A stretch of 64,000 bases of DNA from Clostridiaceae bacterium (GCA_036677675.1 JAVBWC010000042.1:354-64353), one strand, 5' to 3'. Shown: positions 9,615 to 22,310, numbered from the stretch's first letter. Notes: a model not told the origin generated them from the sequence alone. Numbers and translations are program-made.

Positions 9615-10695
9615 TGCAAGCAACAAATGTTTAAGTTCCAATCAAATAACTGCTCTATTAATTGGTGTTACTGTTGGTCCAGCGGCTTTAAAATTACCTA
9701 ATACTCTTGTAGATAAAGTTGGGCAAGATGGATGGATTTCTGCAATTATAGCACTGTTGTATCCACTATATATTGTCCTTGTAAGCAGTTATATTATAAA
9801 AAAATATCCTAATGACAATATATTAAACCTAAGTACTCAATATTTTGGTAATAAAGTAGGAACTCTATTAAACTTTCTTTTCTCATTAATGTTTATTATC
9901 TATTTATCAAGTATAACCTCTGATTTTGTTAGATTTTGTAGGATTTACTTTGTATATTTCTTATCTCCTTTTAAAATTATTATTATTACTCTAATTTTAG
10001 CTTTATTTACGGCTTATAAAGGCTTAAGTACCTTAGGTAAAGTAAATGAACTAAGTATGTATCTATTAATATTTATAACTATTTTTTCAATATCTTCATT
10101 AGAACATGGAATCTTACTGAATATACAACCAGTATTTAGTTCTAGTTTAAAGGATATATTTAAGGGCAGTATATTTACCACTTATTCATATTCAGGTTTT
10201 GAATATTTACTAATAATTCATCCATTTGCCAAGGATGTGAACACAATAAAAAAAGCTGGTTTAAAGGCTGTACTTATTGCAGGTTTAACATGGGTATGGT
10301 CTGCTTTTGCAACAATATATTATTTGGGTATAGATATAGTCCCTAAAAGCCTATGGGCTTACTTGCTGGTTTTTGAAAGTATCAATATACCTCTAATTAA
10401 TAATTTCAGATATATATTTATGTTTGTATGGTGTTTTATGGCATTTAGGATAAGTGCCAATATGGCTTTTGCTTCCTCCTTCATTTTAAACTATATTACA
10501 AAAATAGATACAAACAAAATATTGATATTTTTATATTTTATATCCATATTTTTATCCTTACAATTTATGAACAGATTACTTTTTAAAAAAGTAACAGATG
10601 TTGCCGCTCCTATTTTTGTTGTTTTCAACCTTATATATATTTCTTCAATAGCATTGATGATATTACTTAAAAGTAAGAATAATATATCCTTATAA
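9607..10695 (+). CDS. Spore germination receptor B subunit (GerAB/KB family)
   Basis: ~10 TM helices, VGQDGWIS and YSGFE motifs, overlaps gerA stop. Confidence 0.88.
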   Translation: MNSASNKCLSSNQITALLIGVTVGPAALKLPNTLVDKVGQDGWISAIIALLYPLYIVLVSSYIIKKYPNDNILNLSTQYFGNKVGTLLNFLFSLMFIIYLSSITSDFVRFCRIYFVYFLSPFKIIIITLILALFTAYKGLSTLGKVNELSMYLLIFITIFSISSLEHGILLNIQPVFSSSLKDIFKGSIFTTYSYSGFEYLLIIHPFAKDVNTIKKAGLKAVLIAGLTWVWSAFATIYYLGIDIVPKSLWAYLLVFESINIPLINNFRYIFMFVWCFMAFRISANMAFASSFILNYITKIDTNKILIFLYFISIFLSLQFMNRLLFKKVTDVAAPIFVVFNLIYISSIALMILLKSKNNISL

Positions 10696-10734
10696 TTGAA
10701 ATTTGAAAGTGGATAGTTGAGTGGGGAGGATACT

Positions 10735-11844
10735 ATGAATTATAAAAAAGTATTAGTTATTTTATTCTTTTGTATAGGAATATATGTTTTTTTCACTATT
10801 GGAGTACATACAGTTCCATCAGAGGAAATTTCTGTACCTTCTGCGGTAGGATATGATATTAATAAAAAAGGTTCAGAAATAGAATACAGTATTCCACTTT
10901 CTGTATATAATTACACTGGTGAAGAAATCCCTTCTACTATTATACAAACTGGAGTAGCTAAAACTCTGCCAGAAACTAGAGAAGACCGTCAAATGGGGTC
11001 TGATCTTAAATTTATGTTGGGTCTAGAAAAAGTAAGTATTTGGGGAGAAGATTACGCACGATATGGTCTAGATACTGCAGTTGATATATTATTTTCAAAT
11101 CCTACTGTTAATGATACTGGACTTAATGTTGTGTGCAAAGGTAAGGCTATAGATTTTCTAAAACTTAGCATTAAAGGCTATGCCAGCTCTGGAGATTATC
11201 TAGATGGTATATTACATCAGGCAACTGAATCTAACTTCTTCTCAGATAACTATAAAACTATGGATATTTTTGTAAGGGTAGGTGCAGAGGGTCGCACCTT
11301 GGTACTTCCCTACATAGAAATAATAGATAAAAAACCTAAAATTACTGGAGTAGCTGTTTTTGACAGAGACAAGATGGCAACAACTCTTGGCATAAATGAA
11401 GCAAAAATTTTAAATCTTCTAAAAGAAGATACTGTTAAAGGTATGCTTTCAATAAGCAAAAACACCAAAGAATATATAACTTATGAGCCTACCTCTAAAC
11501 GAAAAGTAAGCTGCGAGAAAATTGGTGATAAATATAAATTTACTATTGATTTGTCTTTAAAGGGAGATATATTAAATAATACTTTATATAAAGATATAGC
11601 TGATAAATCCGCTGTACAAAAAGAATTTATAAATGATATGGAGAAAAAAGTAACTGAAATGTGCTATGATTTTATTGATAAAATGCAAAATGATTATAAA
11701 ATTGACTGTCTAGCTTTAGGAAGAGTAGCAGCAGCAAAATACGGAAGGCATACCGGAACTGACTGGAATAAAGCTGTTTCTGAAGCTGAAATAGTTGTTA
11801 ATGTAAAAGTTAAATTAGACAAATTCGGTAGAGGAAATTACTAA
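10735..11844 (+). CDS. Spore germination receptor C subunit, Ger(x)C family
   Basis: Operon position, C-terminal GerC-like fold (KIDCLALGR, IVVNVKV); ATG at 10735 follows GGGGAGG. Confidence 0.85.
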   Translation: MNYKKVLVILFFCIGIYVFFTIGVHTVPSEEISVPSAVGYDINKKGSEIEYSIPLSVYNYTGEEIPSTIIQTGVAKTLPETREDRQMGSDLKFMLGLEKVSIWGEDYARYGLDTAVDILFSNPTVNDTGLNVVCKGKAIDFLKLSIKGYASSGDYLDGILHQATESNFFSDNYKTMDIFVRVGAEGRTLVLPYIEIIDKKPKITGVAVFDRDKMATTLGINEAKILNLLKEDTVKGMLSISKNTKEYITYEPTSKRKVSCEKIGDKYKFTIDLSLKGDILNNTLYKDIADKSAVQKEFINDMEKKVTEMCYDFIDKMQNDYKIDCLALGRVAAAKYGRHTGTDWNKAVSEAEIVVNVKVKLDKFGRGNY

Positions 11845-11867
11845 AGACCAGCTAATTAGCTGGTCTT
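11844..11867. terminator. Bidirectional terminator between convergent gerC and lpdA
   Basis: aagaccagcta-at-tagctggtctt, overlapping both stop codons. Confidence 0.7.
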
Positions 11868-13256
11868 GTTTACCATATGAATAGCTTCTCCTTTTAACCC
11901 CATAACCCCTTCATAAAAAGCTTCACATAAGGTTGGATGAGCATGAATTACCTCTTTTATGTCTTCTACCTTCATTTTTTTATTTACTGCAAGAGCTGCC
12001 TCATGAATAATATCAGAAGCATGAGGTCCTATTATATGAACTCCTATAATCCTGTTATCTTCTTTTCTTCCTATCACTTTTAATATTCCTTCTTCTTCCC
12101 CTAGGGTTAAAGCTTTACCATTTGCCCCAAAACTAAACTTGCTCACCTTATAATCTATTCCCTTATTTTTTGCCTCCTCCTCAGTAACCCCTATATAAGC
12201 AATCTCTGGAAAAACAAAAATACAGCTTGGAATTAAATTATTTTCTTCAGCTTTTCTAAAGCGCATAATAGTTTCAACTACTGCTGTTCCCTGATGGGCT
12301 GCTGCATGGGCAAGCATACACTTACCGTTAACATCCCCTATGGCATAGATTCCTTTAATATTTGTTTTAAAATTATTGTCCACATTAATACCTTTTCTTG
12401 TAAACTTAATTCCCACCTTTTCTAAATTTAGTCCCTCAATTACAGGAGTTCGTCCTACAGCTATTAATACCTTATCTCCTTTAAATTGAACTTCTCCCTT
12501 TTTATCTTCTCCATAAACTATAAGCCCCTCATTATTTTTTTCTATTTTTAAAACCTTTGTGGAAGTAGCTATTCTAATTCCACTTTTTTTGGCTAAAATA
12601 GAAAATCTTTTAACTATCTCTCTATCAACTGTGGATAAAGCCTGTGGCATAGCTTCAATAATTGTAACCTTTGCTCCTAAAGAATTAAATATAGCTGCAA
12701 ATTCTACTCCAATAACTCCTCCACCAATTATAATTAATTTATTTGGAATTTCTGAAAAATTTAGAAGTTCTCTGCTCTTTAGCACTCCTGGTAAATCTAT
12801 TCCTTCTATTGGCAAATCTGTACTTTTTGATCCTGAGGCTATAATAATATTTTTAGTAGTAATTTTTATTTTTTCTCCTTTACTGTCTATAACCTGAACA
12901 GTATTTCTGTCTACTATTGAAGCATTTCCTTTAATTATTTCTACATTATTAAGCTTTAAAAGCTGTTCCAGCCCATTAACTAATTTATCCACAATACCTT
13001 GCTTTCTTTCCTGAATTTTATCCACATTTATTTCGCATTTTTGTATATAAATTCCATAGATTTCACTCTTTTTTAATATATTCAATATCTCAGCATTTCT
13101 ATATAAAGCCTTTGTAGGTATACATCCTCTATTTAAACACGTTCCCCCTAAACTTTCTCTTTCAATTATACAAACCTTTCTACCTAATTGAGCCCCTCTT
13201 ATGGCAGCTGTATACCCACCAGATCCTCCACCGATTATTACAATATCCTTATTCAT
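11856..13256 (-). CDS. lpdA: Dihydrolipoyl dehydrogenase (glycine cleavage L protein)
   Basis: GGGSGG FAD motif, [13 protein letters not shown] redox disulfide, HAHPTLCE C-terminus; ATG overlaps the gcvPB stop. Confidence 0.95.
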   Translation of the reverse strand: MNKDIVIIGGGSGGYTAAIRGAQLGRKVCIIERESLGGTCLNRGCIPTKALYRNAEILNILKKSEIYGIYIQKCEINVDKIQERKQGIVDKLVNGLEQLLKLNNVEIIKGNASIVDRNTVQVIDSKGEKIKITTKNIIIASGSKSTDLPIEGIDLPGVLKSRELLNFSEIPNKLIIIGGGVIGVEFAAIFNSLGAKVTIIEAMPQALSTVDREIVKRFSILAKKSGIRIATSTKVLKIEKNNEGLIVYGEDKKGEVQFKGDKVLIAVGRTPVIEGLNLEKVGIKFTRKGINVDNNFKTNIKGIYAIGDVNGKCMLAHAAAHQGTAVVETIMRFRKAEENNLIPSCIFVFPEIAYIGVTEEEAKNKGIDYKVSKFSFGANGKALTLGEEEGILKVIGRKEDNRIIGVHIIGPHASDIIHEAALAVNKKMKVEDIKEVIHAHPTLCEAFYEGVMGLKGEAIHMVNKTS

Positions 13257-14709
13257 TTTCCACACTCCATTTCAAAACAGGCTTTCTAGCTGCTTTAACT
13301 TCATCTAATCTTCTTACAGGTGTAGAATTAGGTGCTTTCATTAAAAGTTCAGATTTTTCTTCTCCTTCCTTAGCAATTTTTATCATTACCTCAATAAACT
13401 CGTCTAAAGTTTCAAGGCTTTCTGTCTCAGTAGGTTCTATCATAATTGCATTTTCTATAATTAGAGGAAAGTATATGGTAGGTGGATGATATCCATAGTC
13501 AAGCAACCTTTTTGCTACATTAAGTGTGGATATTTCTTTATTATTAGTTTTTAGCCCACCTAATACAAATTCATGCTTACATATATCATTAATAGGGAGT
13601 TTATAGTAATCTTTCAATCTATTTTTAAGATAATTAGCATTGAGCACCGCAATCTCACTGGCTTTTTTAAGACCTTCTGAACCCATCATAAGAATATATG
13701 AATAAGCCTTTATCATAACTCCAAAATTTCCGTAAAAGCTTTTAATTTTTCCTATGGACTTTGGTACATTATAGTTAAGATAATATTTATCCACTGATTT
13801 ATCCACAACAGGTACTGGAAGAAATTCTTCTAGCTCTTTCTTTACTCCTACGGGACCACTCCCAGGTCCTCCCCCACCATGAGGTGTTGAAAAGGTTTTA
13901 TGAAGATTTAAATGAACTACATCAAAGCCCATATCTCCTGGCCTAGCTATTCCCATAACGGCATTCAAATTTGCACCATCATAATATAAAAGTCCACCTG
14001 CTTCATGAACAAGCTTTGCAATCTCTTTTATGTCCTTTTCAAATAATCCTAGTGTATTGGGGTTAGTAAGCATAAGTCCAGCAGTTTCATCATTCAAAAT
14101 CTCTTTAAGTTTTTCTAAATCTACAGTTCCATTTTTATTAGATTTAATTTCTACCACCTGAAAGCCTACGCTATTTGCACTGGCTGGATTAGTTCCATGA
14201 GCAGAATCTGGAACAATTATCTTCTTTCTTTTAAACTCTCCTCTATTCTCATGATAAGCTTTAATAAGCATGAGTCCTGTCAATTCTCCATGAGCACCTG
14301 CAGAAGGGTGTAAAACTACCTTATCCATTCCAGTGATTTCTTCTAAACTTTTGCTTAATTCATACATAAGCTGTAAAGCTCCTTGAAGGGTTTCTTCAGG
14401 CTGGTATGGATGAAGCTGTATAAATTTTGAAAGATTGGCCATATCCTCATTTATTTTAGGATTGTACTTCATGGTACAGGAGCCAAGGGGATAAAAACCT
14501 GTATCCACTCCATAATTTTTATTTGATAAAGCTGTATAGTGTCTTACCACATCAACTTCACTGACCTGTGGAAGCTTTAACTCTGTTTCTCTTAGAAGTT
14601 CCTTTCCTAAACTTTCTTCAAGCTCTATTTCAGGCACATCATTTTCAGGTAAAGTATAAGCCTTTCTACCTTCCCTAGAAATTTCAAAAATTAATTTATT
14701 GTATTTCGT
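13249..14709 (-). CDS. gcvPB: Glycine dehydrogenase (decarboxylating) subunit 2; start probably non-canonical ACG at 14709
   Basis: [11 protein letters not shown] and [21 protein letters not shown] motifs; frame open upstream of the ORF-track GTG through conserved [17 protein letters not shown]. Confidence 0.93.
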   Translation of the reverse strand, partial: TKYNKLIFEISREGRKAYTLPENDVPEIELEESLGKELLRETELKLPQVSEVDVVRHYTALSNKNYGVDTGFYPLGSCTMKYNPKINEDMANLSKFIQLHPYQPEETLQGALQLMYELSKSLEEITGMDKVVLHPSAGAHGELTGLMLIKAYHENRGEFKRKKIIVPDSAHGTNPASANSVGFQVVEIKSNKNGTVDLEKLKEILNDETAGLMLTNPNTLGLFEKDIKEIAKLVHEAGGLLYYDGANLNAVMGIARPGDMGFDVVHLNLHKTFSTPHGGGGPGSGPVGVKKELEEFLPVPVVDKSVDKYYLNYNVPKSIGKIKSFYGNFGVMIKAYSYILMMGSEGLKKASEIAVLNANYLKNRLKDYYKLPINDICKHEFVLGGLKTNNKEISTLNVAKRLLDYGYHPPTIYFPLIIENAIMIEPTETESLETLDEFIEVMIKIAKEGEEKSELLMKAPNSTPVRRLDEVKAARKPVLKWSVENE

Positions 14710-14711
14710 AA

Positions 14712-16049
14712 CTACACCCCCTTCATAATTCTAACTAGGGTATCAATTTCTTCTTTAGTCCTTTTTTCTGTTACACAGAGCAACAATGAATTAATGTCGG
14801 GATAGTCTTTTTCCAATGTATATCCTCCAAGAATACTTTCTTTTAGAAGCTGTCTGTTTATTTTGTGTATATCTGTTTTGCTTTTAACTGCAAATTCCTT
14901 GAAAAATGGCTTGTTAAATAAAGGCTGGAAGTTTTCATTCTTTATTATCTCTTTAAAAGCATAATGTGCTTTATCATAACATTGCTTAGCAACCTCTCTT
15001 ATTCCTTCCTTTCCCATAGTTGAAAGGTATATTCCAGCTGCTAAGGCATTTAAAGCCTGATTTGAACATATATTTGAAGCTGCTTTTTCTCTTCTTATAT
15101 GCTGTTCTCTAGTCTGCAGTGTGAGAACAAAGCCTCTCTTACCTTCTATATCTTCAGTTTCTCCCACAATTCTTCCTGGAATTTTTCTCATAAGCTTAGA
15201 TGTGACAGTCATAAATCCAATATATGGCCCTCCAAAAGATAGGGTATTTCCTAAACCTTGTCCTTCTCCTACTGCAATATCAGCTCCAATTTCTCCTGGA
15301 GTTTTTAATATTCCTAGAGATATAGGGTCTACGTTCATAATTAATAATGCATTATTTTTATGAGTTATTTTTTCTACTTCACTTAAATCTTCAATTATTC
15401 CAAAGAAATTAGGATTTTGAACAATGACTCCAGCAGTATTTTTATCTACTACCTTTTTTAATTTATCTATATCTGTAACTCCCTCTAAAAAATCCACTTC
15501 TATTACTTCTACTTCTTTAAATTTCATATAGGTTTTCAGGATTTTTCTAGTTTCGGGATGAACCGTTTTAGATACTACTATTGAATTTTTATTTTTCTTC
15601 TCATTAACAGCCAGTATTGCTGCTTCAGCAGTTGCAGTTCCGCCGTCATATAAGGAAGCATTAGACACGTCCATATCTGTAAGATTGCATATCATGGTTT
15701 GATACTCAAAAATAGACTGTAGAATTCCTTGACTAATTTCTGGTTGATAGGGAGTATATGCTGTATAAAATTCTGGCTTAGAGGTTATATGCTTTACTAC
15801 TGCTGGTATATAATGATCGTAAGCTCCTGCACCTAAAAAACATACCAGCTCATCAACACTCTTATTTTTATTAGAAAGCTCTTTCATGTATTTTGAAAGC
15901 TCAATCTCTGACATAGATTTTCCAATATTTAATTTTCTTTTTAATCTAATCTTCTCTGGTATATCAGAGAATAAATCATCTAAACATCCTATTCCAATAC
16001 TTTTAAGCATCTTTTCTTCTTCTAAAGCATTTGGTATATAGGGAAGCAT
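14712..16049 (-). CDS. gcvPA: Glycine dehydrogenase (decarboxylating) subunit 1
   Basis: [22 protein letters not shown] and [18 protein letters not shown] motifs. Confidence 0.95.
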   Translation of the reverse strand: MLPYIPNALEEEKMLKSIGIGCLDDLFSDIPEKIRLKRKLNIGKSMSEIELSKYMKELSNKNKSVDELVCFLGAGAYDHYIPAVVKHITSKPEFYTAYTPYQPEISQGILQSIFEYQTMICNLTDMDVSNASLYDGGTATAEAAILAVNEKKNKNSIVVSKTVHPETRKILKTYMKFKEVEVIEVDFLEGVTDIDKLKKVVDKNTAGVIVQNPNFFGIIEDLSEVEKITHKNNALLIMNVDPISLGILKTPGEIGADIAVGEGQGLGNTLSFGGPYIGFMTVTSKLMRKIPGRIVGETEDIEGKRGFVLTLQTREQHIRREKAASNICSNQALNALAAGIYLSTMGKEGIREVAKQCYDKAHYAFKEIIKNENFQPLFNKPFFKEFAVKSKTDIHKINRQLLKESILGGYTLEKDYPDINSLLLCVTEKRTKEEIDTLVRIMKGV

Positions 16050-16450
16050 TACTCCTCCTCCTTATTACAATACTCCTTATTACAATACTCCTTATATTCA
16101 TCAGCATTCATAAGCTCCTCTACTTGAGAATCATCATATAACTCCACTTTTATCATCCAATTTTTATATGGATTTTTATTTACGAGTTCAGGTTCATCTA
16201 CTATATCCTCATTTATTTCTAAAACCTTGCCATCTACTGGTATATAAACATCTGATGCAGTTTTAACAGATTCCACTACTCCAAAGGAATCCCCTGCTGT
16301 AAATTCTGTATCTACTTCTGGAAGGTCAATATAAACAATGTCTCCTAAAGCATGCTGTGCATAATCTGTAATTCCAATATAAGCCTCATCTCCATTAACC
16401 TTTACCCATTCATGATCATCTGTATAATATAATTTTTTCATTATTTTCAT
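16049..16450 (-). CDS. gcvH: Glycine cleavage system H protein
   Basis: [16 protein letters not shown] and lipoyl motif ESVKTASD. Confidence 0.95.
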   Translation of the reverse strand: MKIMKKLYYTDDHEWVKVNGDEAYIGITDYAQHALGDIVYIDLPEVDTEFTAGDSFGVVESVKTASDVYIPVDGKVLEINEDIVDEPELVNKNPYKNWMIKVELYDDSQVEELMNADEYKEYCNKEYCNKEEE

Positions 16451-16463
16451 TGCTTATCCCCCT

Positions 16464-17570
16464 TTACTTTTTATAATTTTTATTATAGAAATTTTTATTT
16501 ACTACCTTTGCTTTTAATTTCTTATTTCTTATACTAACTTTAATTTCTGTTCCTATTTCTCCATAGCTTGAATTAATAATAGCGTGACCAATATTTTTCT
16601 TTAATGTAGGTGAAAAATATCCTGTAGTTACAAAGCCTATTTCTTCATCATCTTTTAGTATGGAGTATCCATATCTAGGAACACCTTTATCTATCATTTC
16701 AAACCCTACAATTTTTCTCCTTACCCCATCTTTCTTCTGCTTTTCTAAGGCTTTTTTCCCTATAAAACTTCCTTTGTTAAGCTTTACAAAACACCCTAAT
16801 CCTGCTTCTAAAGGAGTAATATCCTCCGAAATTTCATTACCGTATAGTGGAAGTGCAGCTTCAAACCTCAAAGTATCCCTACATCCAAGACCTACTGGTT
16901 TAACTCCATATTCTTCACCAGACTCCAATATTTTCATCCACAGTCCTTCAGCATTTTCAGCCTCAGTGTATATTTCAAACCCATCCTCTCCTGTATAACC
17001 TGTTCTTGAAACTAAGCATTTAACACCATCTATTATTAAATTTTTATTAAAGCAAAAGAATTTTATGTCTGAAAGCTTGAAAGAAGTTAGTTTTTGAAGA
17101 ATTTTTTCACTTCTAGGTCCCTGAAGTGCCAGCTGTGCAATCTTATGAGAAATATTGTTGATTTCTACATTAAAAGCACCTTTATTACTGCATATCCACA
17201 AATAATCCTTGTCCACGTTACTTGCATTTACTACAAGAAAGTAATGTTTATCTGAAAGCTTATATACCAAAAGGTCATCTGCCACCCCTCCGTCATGAAA
17301 GCACATTAAAGTATATAAAATTTCATTATCTTTTAGTACAGAAATGTCATTGGTAATTAAATTTTGTAAAAACTCAAAGGAATTATCCCCTTTTACCTCT
17401 ATTTCTCCCATATGTGATACATCAAAAAGTCCAGCTGTATTTCTAACTGCTTCATGTTCTTTTATAATACCCTCAAACTGCACAGGCAGCGCCCATCCAG
17501 CAAAGTTAATAATTTTTCCGCCATATTTTTCATAAACATTAAACAACGGCGTTCTTTTTAAAACTTCCAT
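16464..17570 (-). CDS. gcvT: Aminomethyltransferase (glycine cleavage T protein)
   Basis: LFDVSHMGE, SRTGYTGEDGFE and GLGCRDTLRFEA motifs. Confidence 0.95.
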   Translation of the reverse strand: MEVLKRTPLFNVYEKYGGKIINFAGWALPVQFEGIIKEHEAVRNTAGLFDVSHMGEIEVKGDNSFEFLQNLITNDISVLKDNEILYTLMCFHDGGVADDLLVYKLSDKHYFLVVNASNVDKDYLWICSNKGAFNVEINNISHKIAQLALQGPRSEKILQKLTSFKLSDIKFFCFNKNLIIDGVKCLVSRTGYTGEDGFEIYTEAENAEGLWMKILESGEEYGVKPVGLGCRDTLRFEAALPLYGNEISEDITPLEAGLGCFVKLNKGSFIGKKALEKQKKDGVRRKIVGFEMIDKGVPRYGYSILKDDEEIGFVTTGYFSPTLKKNIGHAIINSSYGEIGTEIKVSIRNKKLKAKVVNKNFYNKNYKK

Positions 17571-17591
17571 TCCAACTTTCCCCCTTTTATG

Positions 17592-17632
17592 CAGTTTACA
17601 GTTTACAGTTTATAGTTTACAGTTTACAGTTA
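17592..17632. repeat. CAGTTTA heptamer array (~6 units) followed by a short hairpin
   Basis: cagttta x3, tagttta, cagttta, cagtta; then gaattaagc-aga-gcttaattc. Confidence 0.85.
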
Positions 17633-17736
17633 TGGAAGGAATTAAGCAGAGCTTAATTCTTGAATCCACTATTGCAACAAAGCTGTTAAACTTGAAAATC
17701 TTCTTTGTACTATGAATATTTATTTAGATATAAGAA

Positions 17737-17760
17737 AAGACCAGCTTTTTTGCTGGTCTT
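17737..17760 (-). terminator. Intrinsic terminator after spoVR
   Basis: aagaccagc-tttttt-gctggtctt. Confidence 0.65.
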
Positions 17761-17769
17761 AAAATATTT

Positions 17770-19137
17770 TTAAGCATAAGTTACTAATTTATTTTCATTA
17801 CAAGTTACAAGTACTTCTTTTCCTCTTACAACAGTCTTTAGACAAACCTTATGCTTCCATAAATCTACCATATATTTTAATGTTTCCTTTGTATAATCTA
17901 GCTGTAGTTCTCTTCCATCATAAACATGCTCTAGTGTCAATGTCTTATCTGATTTTGACATATCTATTACTCTTATGTGTGGAATCATTCCCATTCCACA
18001 GGAACTACTTAAAGTATTTCTTATCTGTCTCCAACCTTGATCATCAGATACCTCTGTAATTTCATAGTTGGTATTTCTTTTTACATATTCAAAAAGATTC
18101 AACTCTTCACACAACTCTTTTGTCAAATATCTTCTTATAAAGGACTCATCTCTCTCTAAAGCTCTAACCTCAAATATTTTCTCAATTCCATATTTTTCTA
18201 CTATGTCTTCGTATATTTTAAAGCCCATGAAATATGGATTTATACGACCTAACATAGGAGTTATTACATCATTATGCCTCTTTATAAATTCTAAATGAAG
18301 AGAAGGCTCTAAATCTAGTTTTTTAAGAATATTATAGTGCCAATAGCTAGCCCATCCTTCATTCATAATCTTAGTCTCAATTTGAGGAATAAAATATCTA
18401 GTCTCTTTTCTAACTACTTCTAATATATTCTGCTCCCAATCCTCTAAATCACCATAATGGCTTACAAAATACAATACATCATCCTCAGGATTTAATGGTA
18501 TTTTCTCTACCTCTGGAGGTGCTTCCTTTACATAAGGCTTTATAATGCTGTAATTTGTATTCCTATTTTTATAGTCATCTAGCCTCTTTTTCTTTACGTC
18601 TTCATCACTTATTCTTTTTTCTCCAACAACTCTTGAGGTCTGCAGCTTAATTCCATGGGCTCCATTTAAAAGCTTTTCTACGCTTTCATAACCTATGCTT
18701 GGATCATTTATATAGCTTCTTATAATTTTGCCATGATTTTTAAAATCTTGTAAAGTGTATTCAGCATTGGTTCCTACTTTAAACAACCTATTATTTTTGA
18801 AAAAATCATTGTGTCCATAAACATGGGCAATAGTCAATATCTGAAGAAGTAAGGTATTATCCTTCATGAGATAAGCCATACATGGATCAGAATTAATAAC
18901 CATCTCATAAGGAAGTCCTGTTAAATTGTATTTGTATAGAGTTTTAAGTCTTTCATAAGCTTTTCCAAAGCTCCAGTGAGGATATCTTGAAGGCATTCCC
19001 ACATATACTTCATATGCCAGCATATCGTTATAGCTTATAATTTCAAATTCCTGTGGATAATAATCAAGACCTACTTCATTAACTATGGCTTCAATTTTCT
19101 CATTCCACATTTCTAAATCTTTTAACGTATATTCCAA
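17770..19137 (-). CDS. spoVR: SpoVR family protein
   Basis: HVYGHNDFFKNN and ETKIMNEGWASYWH motifs; TTG start at 19137 after GAGGG. Confidence 0.92.
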   Translation of the reverse strand: MEYTLKDLEMWNEKIEAIVNEVGLDYYPQEFEIISYNDMLAYEVYVGMPSRYPHWSFGKAYERLKTLYKYNLTGLPYEMVINSDPCMAYLMKDNTLLLQILTIAHVYGHNDFFKNNRLFKVGTNAEYTLQDFKNHGKIIRSYINDPSIGYESVEKLLNGAHGIKLQTSRVVGEKRISDEDVKKKRLDDYKNRNTNYSIIKPYVKEAPPEVEKIPLNPEDDVLYFVSHYGDLEDWEQNILEVVRKETRYFIPQIETKIMNEGWASYWHYNILKKLDLEPSLHLEFIKRHNDVITPMLGRINPYFMGFKIYEDIVEKYGIEKIFEVRALERDESFIRRYLTKELCEELNLFEYVKRNTNYEITEVSDDQGWRQIRNTLSSSCGMGMIPHIRVIDMSKSDKTLTLEHVYDGRELQLDYTKETLKYMVDLWKHKVCLKTVVRGKEVLVTCNENKLVTYA

Positions 19138-19141
19138 GATA

Positions 19142-20311
19142 TCACCCCTCTTTCTCATTTCCTCTTAGCATGTCTCTTAAAGAAGGCCACAATTCTTCTT
19201 TGTTTTTCATAGTTGTAGCAACAAAATTCTCATGATGTATTTCTTCTAAGTATTTTTTCTTTATTGTACTTAAAGTTGTCCCAGGCATAACTTCTGCATA
19301 ACCAAACAAATTGCATATATTACAAAGCTCTTTAGCCTTTTGCACTGCCTTTTCATTGTCTTCGCTCCAGTTATCCCCATCACTTACATGGAAGGCATAT
19401 ATATTCCAGGATTCTGGATTATAGTTTTCATATGCAACTTCCAATGCCTTAGAATATCCACTGGAAATATAAGTTCCTCCTGACTCCATCTTGTGGAAGA
19501 AGTCATTTTCATTTACAACTTTAGCACGAGTAGAGTGGGCAATGAACACCACTTCTACTCTTTCATATCTCATTTTTACAAATTGATAAAGTAAGAAGAA
19601 ATAAGATCTTGCCAAATATTTTTTTGTTCTATCCATGGATGAGGATGTATCCATAATGCACATAACCACTGCATTATATTCCTTTTTTACAGTCTGCTTA
19701 ATTCTGTTATACCTTAAATCATCCTCTTTAAATGGGAATCTTTCTACTTCTCCTTCTATATCTTCTTCCTTTAAAGCCCTTAAATATCCCTGCTTTCTCT
19801 TTAATTTTTCAACAACGGTTCTCTTTTTCGCAAGTCTTGGTCTTATGCCTTTTTTCTGATATCCAGCTCTTTTCTTAGAATTTTCTGATAATATCTCAGC
19901 ACATTTTTTCTTATCTAAATTAGGAAGATCTAATTCTTCAAATAAATAGTTTATTACATCCTCAATTGTAATTTCTGCCTCATATATATCCTCTCCGTCA
20001 TTATTGCCAGCTCCTTTATTACCTGCCCCTTCACCTTCACCCTTTCCTGTTCCTATTTTATCGCCTCTTTTTTCGCCCCCTGTTCCACTACCAACACCTG
20101 ATGCATTTTCGCCAAATATAAACTGGTATTCTTTTAATCCCTTTACAGGAATTCTAATTTTCTTATTCTTGCTCTGTCCTATTATGCTTTCTTCTGACAA
20201 TATATCAACTAAATTTTTCTTTATTGAATCTTCAACTAACTCTTTATGTCTCCTCCTATCCTCAACAGCTCTATCATGATCTATAGGGTTAAAATCTCTA
20301 AATAGTGCCAT
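19142..20311 (-). CDS. yhbH: Sporulation protein YhbH (DUF444, vWA-like)
   Basis: MDTSSSM MIDAS-like motif, SGGTYISS and SDGDNW motifs; canonical prkA-yhbH-spoVR synteny. Confidence 0.9.
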   Translation of the reverse strand: MALFRDFNPIDHDRAVEDRRRHKELVEDSIKKNLVDILSEESIIGQSKNKKIRIPVKGLKEYQFIFGENASGVGSGTGGEKRGDKIGTGKGEGEGAGNKGAGNNDGEDIYEAEITIEDVINYLFEELDLPNLDKKKCAEILSENSKKRAGYQKKGIRPRLAKKRTVVEKLKRKQGYLRALKEEDIEGEVERFPFKEDDLRYNRIKQTVKKEYNAVVMCIMDTSSSMDRTKKYLARSYFFLLYQFVKMRYERVEVVFIAHSTRAKVVNENDFFHKMESGGTYISSGYSKALEVAYENYNPESWNIYAFHVSDGDNWSEDNEKAVQKAKELCNICNLFGYAEVMPGTTLSTIKKKYLEEIHHENFVATTMKNKEELWPSLRDMLRGNEKEG

Positions 20312-20315
20312 ATAA

Positions 20316-22238
20316 TCAATCCTTCCAAAGATTATTTGCGGCATATTTCAAGATAACATCGCAGCAGTGGTCACAATATCCATTTGCCTTCATTTCCTCT
20401 ACCATAGCATTATATTTTTTGCCCTGATCCTTATCTCTAACCTTAGATTGAGTTATAACTCTTGATAAATCTTTTACAGAAGTAGTTAATTTCTGTTCTA
20501 TAGCTTCTTTTAAAGGTTCATAAGAATCATAGCTTATATTTCCACCATTTCTGATTAGATAGAACATGTAGGAGGTAACATCTGTTCTAAAGCCTTTAGC
20601 GGAGCTTTCACTTACTCCAATTTGCTCCTCAATTGAGCGCATAAATATTTCATCTGGTTCTAATTCTTCTCCTGTATATTGATCCTTTAATTTTGTCTTA
20701 TTAACATAAGCTTCTGCATTGTCAAGATAATTATTGAAAAGGCTTTCAGCTTGCTCTTTGAAGCTGTTTATGAAAGCTCTTGTTATTTCTTTTTCCAAAA
20801 TCTTGTTGTATTCTTTTCTTATAGTATCTTGAACAAAAGCTAGATATCTCTTCTTGTCCTCTTCGTTTGTATCTAAATCCTTAACGGATTTTATTATATT
20901 TTCCATTACACTTAAAGGATTAATACAATCATGCTCAGAATTTGAAAGAGCATTATCAATGGCTTTTACTATAAATCTAGTAGATATTCCAGACATACCT
21001 TCTCTCATACCAGATTCTTCTCTAAGCTCAGTGATATCTATTTTTTTAGTAGTTCCTTTTTCAACTATTTCTTCCCCGTTATATATCTTTAATTTTGTAA
21101 GAGGATCAACCTTAGTTGAAGGTGTAAGTCTTGAAAGCACAGCAAACATTGCTGCAATTTCAATAGTATGTGGTGCAATATGAGCTTTAAAACTACTTTT
21201 TCTTAAAATTTTCTCATATATCTTTATTTCTTCATTCAATTCTAGACAATAAGGAACCTCAATTTTTACTATTCTGTCTAATATAGCTTCATTTGTATGA
21301 TCTGATTTAAACTTATTCCACTCTGCTTCATTAGAATGGGCTACAATTACTCCATCAAAATATATCATAGAATTTTTTCCAGGAGATGGTATTGATTTTT
21401 CTTGAGTAGCTGTTATTATTGTATGAAGGTATTCTACATCATTCTTAAATACCTCAATAAATTCAACCATTCCTCTATTACCAACGTTAAAAGCACCATT
21501 TAGTGAAAGTATACGTGGGTCATCTTCTGGATATAAATCCATTTTAGAGATATCTACAGAACCTGTAAGAACAGAAGTATCCTGGTTGTTAGGATCAACT
21601 GGTGGAACAACTCCTATACCTTTTCTTGATCTTATTGAAAAGTCAGTAGTTACAATAGGGAATTTTTCATATTCTCCATTGAATTCATGTTTTAATCTAT
21701 GTCTACATACTGGACACAAGTCTCCTTCTACTTTTATTCCAAGTTCATCCTCAAACTCGCCTCTTAAATGTTTTGGAATTAAATGTAGAGGCTCTTCTCT
21801 CATAGGGCATCCCTCTAATGCATATACAGGTGGACAGTTTTCTACTGCTTTTTTAAGCGCTTCTACTAATGAAGATTTACCTGCTCCAACTGGTCCTACT
21901 AAATATAAAACCTGCCTTGCTTCTTCACCTTGCATTGCTGCTGAGTAAAAATAGCTTACTAATTTCATTAATACCTTATCAATACCATAGAAATCTTTCT
22001 CAAAAAAGTTATATTTCTTTATAGTATCATTTCCATATATCTTTCTTATTCTTCTATTGTCCTCAGGCTTTAGAACCTCAAAGCCCTGCTCCATTATGAT
22101 GTCATACATTCTTTGATGTGAGAGCTTAACTGCATCTGGATTATTCTTCACTACTTCTAAGTACTCTAGCAAAGTTCCACTAAACTTTTCTTTCTTCTTA
22201 TTCTCTCTATCTTTCTCTATAAGATTTCTAAAATCCAT
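20316..22238 (-). CDS. prkA: PrkA family AAA+ serine protein kinase
   Basis: Walker [20 protein letters not shown] and AHSNEAEW motifs. Confidence 0.93.
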   Translation of the reverse strand: MDFRNLIEKDRENKKKEKFSGTLLEYLEVVKNNPDAVKLSHQRMYDIIMEQGFEVLKPEDNRRIRKIYGNDTIKKYNFFEKDFYGIDKVLMKLVSYFYSAAMQGEEARQVLYLVGPVGAGKSSLVEALKKAVENCPPVYALEGCPMREEPLHLIPKHLRGEFEDELGIKVEGDLCPVCRHRLKHEFNGEYEKFPIVTTDFSIRSRKGIGVVPPVDPNNQDTSVLTGSVDISKMDLYPEDDPRILSLNGAFNVGNRGMVEFIEVFKNDVEYLHTIITATQEKSIPSPGKNSMIYFDGVIVAHSNEAEWNKFKSDHTNEAILDRIVKIEVPYCLELNEEIKIYEKILRKSSFKAHIAPHTIEIAAMFAVLSRLTPSTKVDPLTKLKIYNGEEIVEKGTTKKIDITELREESGMREGMSGISTRFIVKAIDNALSNSEHDCINPLSVMENIIKSVKDLDTNEEDKKRYLAFVQDTIRKEYNKILEKEITRAFINSFKEQAESLFNNYLDNAEAYVNKTKLKDQYTGEELEPDEIFMRSIEEQIGVSESSAKGFRTDVTSYMFYLIRNGGNISYDSYEPLKEAIEQKLTTSVKDLSRVITQSKVRDKDQGKKYNAMVEEMKANGYCDHCCDVILKYAANNLWKD

Positions 22239-22310
22239 TAAGTATCCCTCCTTTAATTAAAGCCAACCATTATATATTTTGGTTTATGTTCTGTAAGCTT
22301 GTTTCTAAAT

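Noticed and set aside
17571-17770. Glycine riboswitch expected upstream of gcvT
   Set aside because: No glycine-aptamer motifs; the region is heptamer repeats and hairpins
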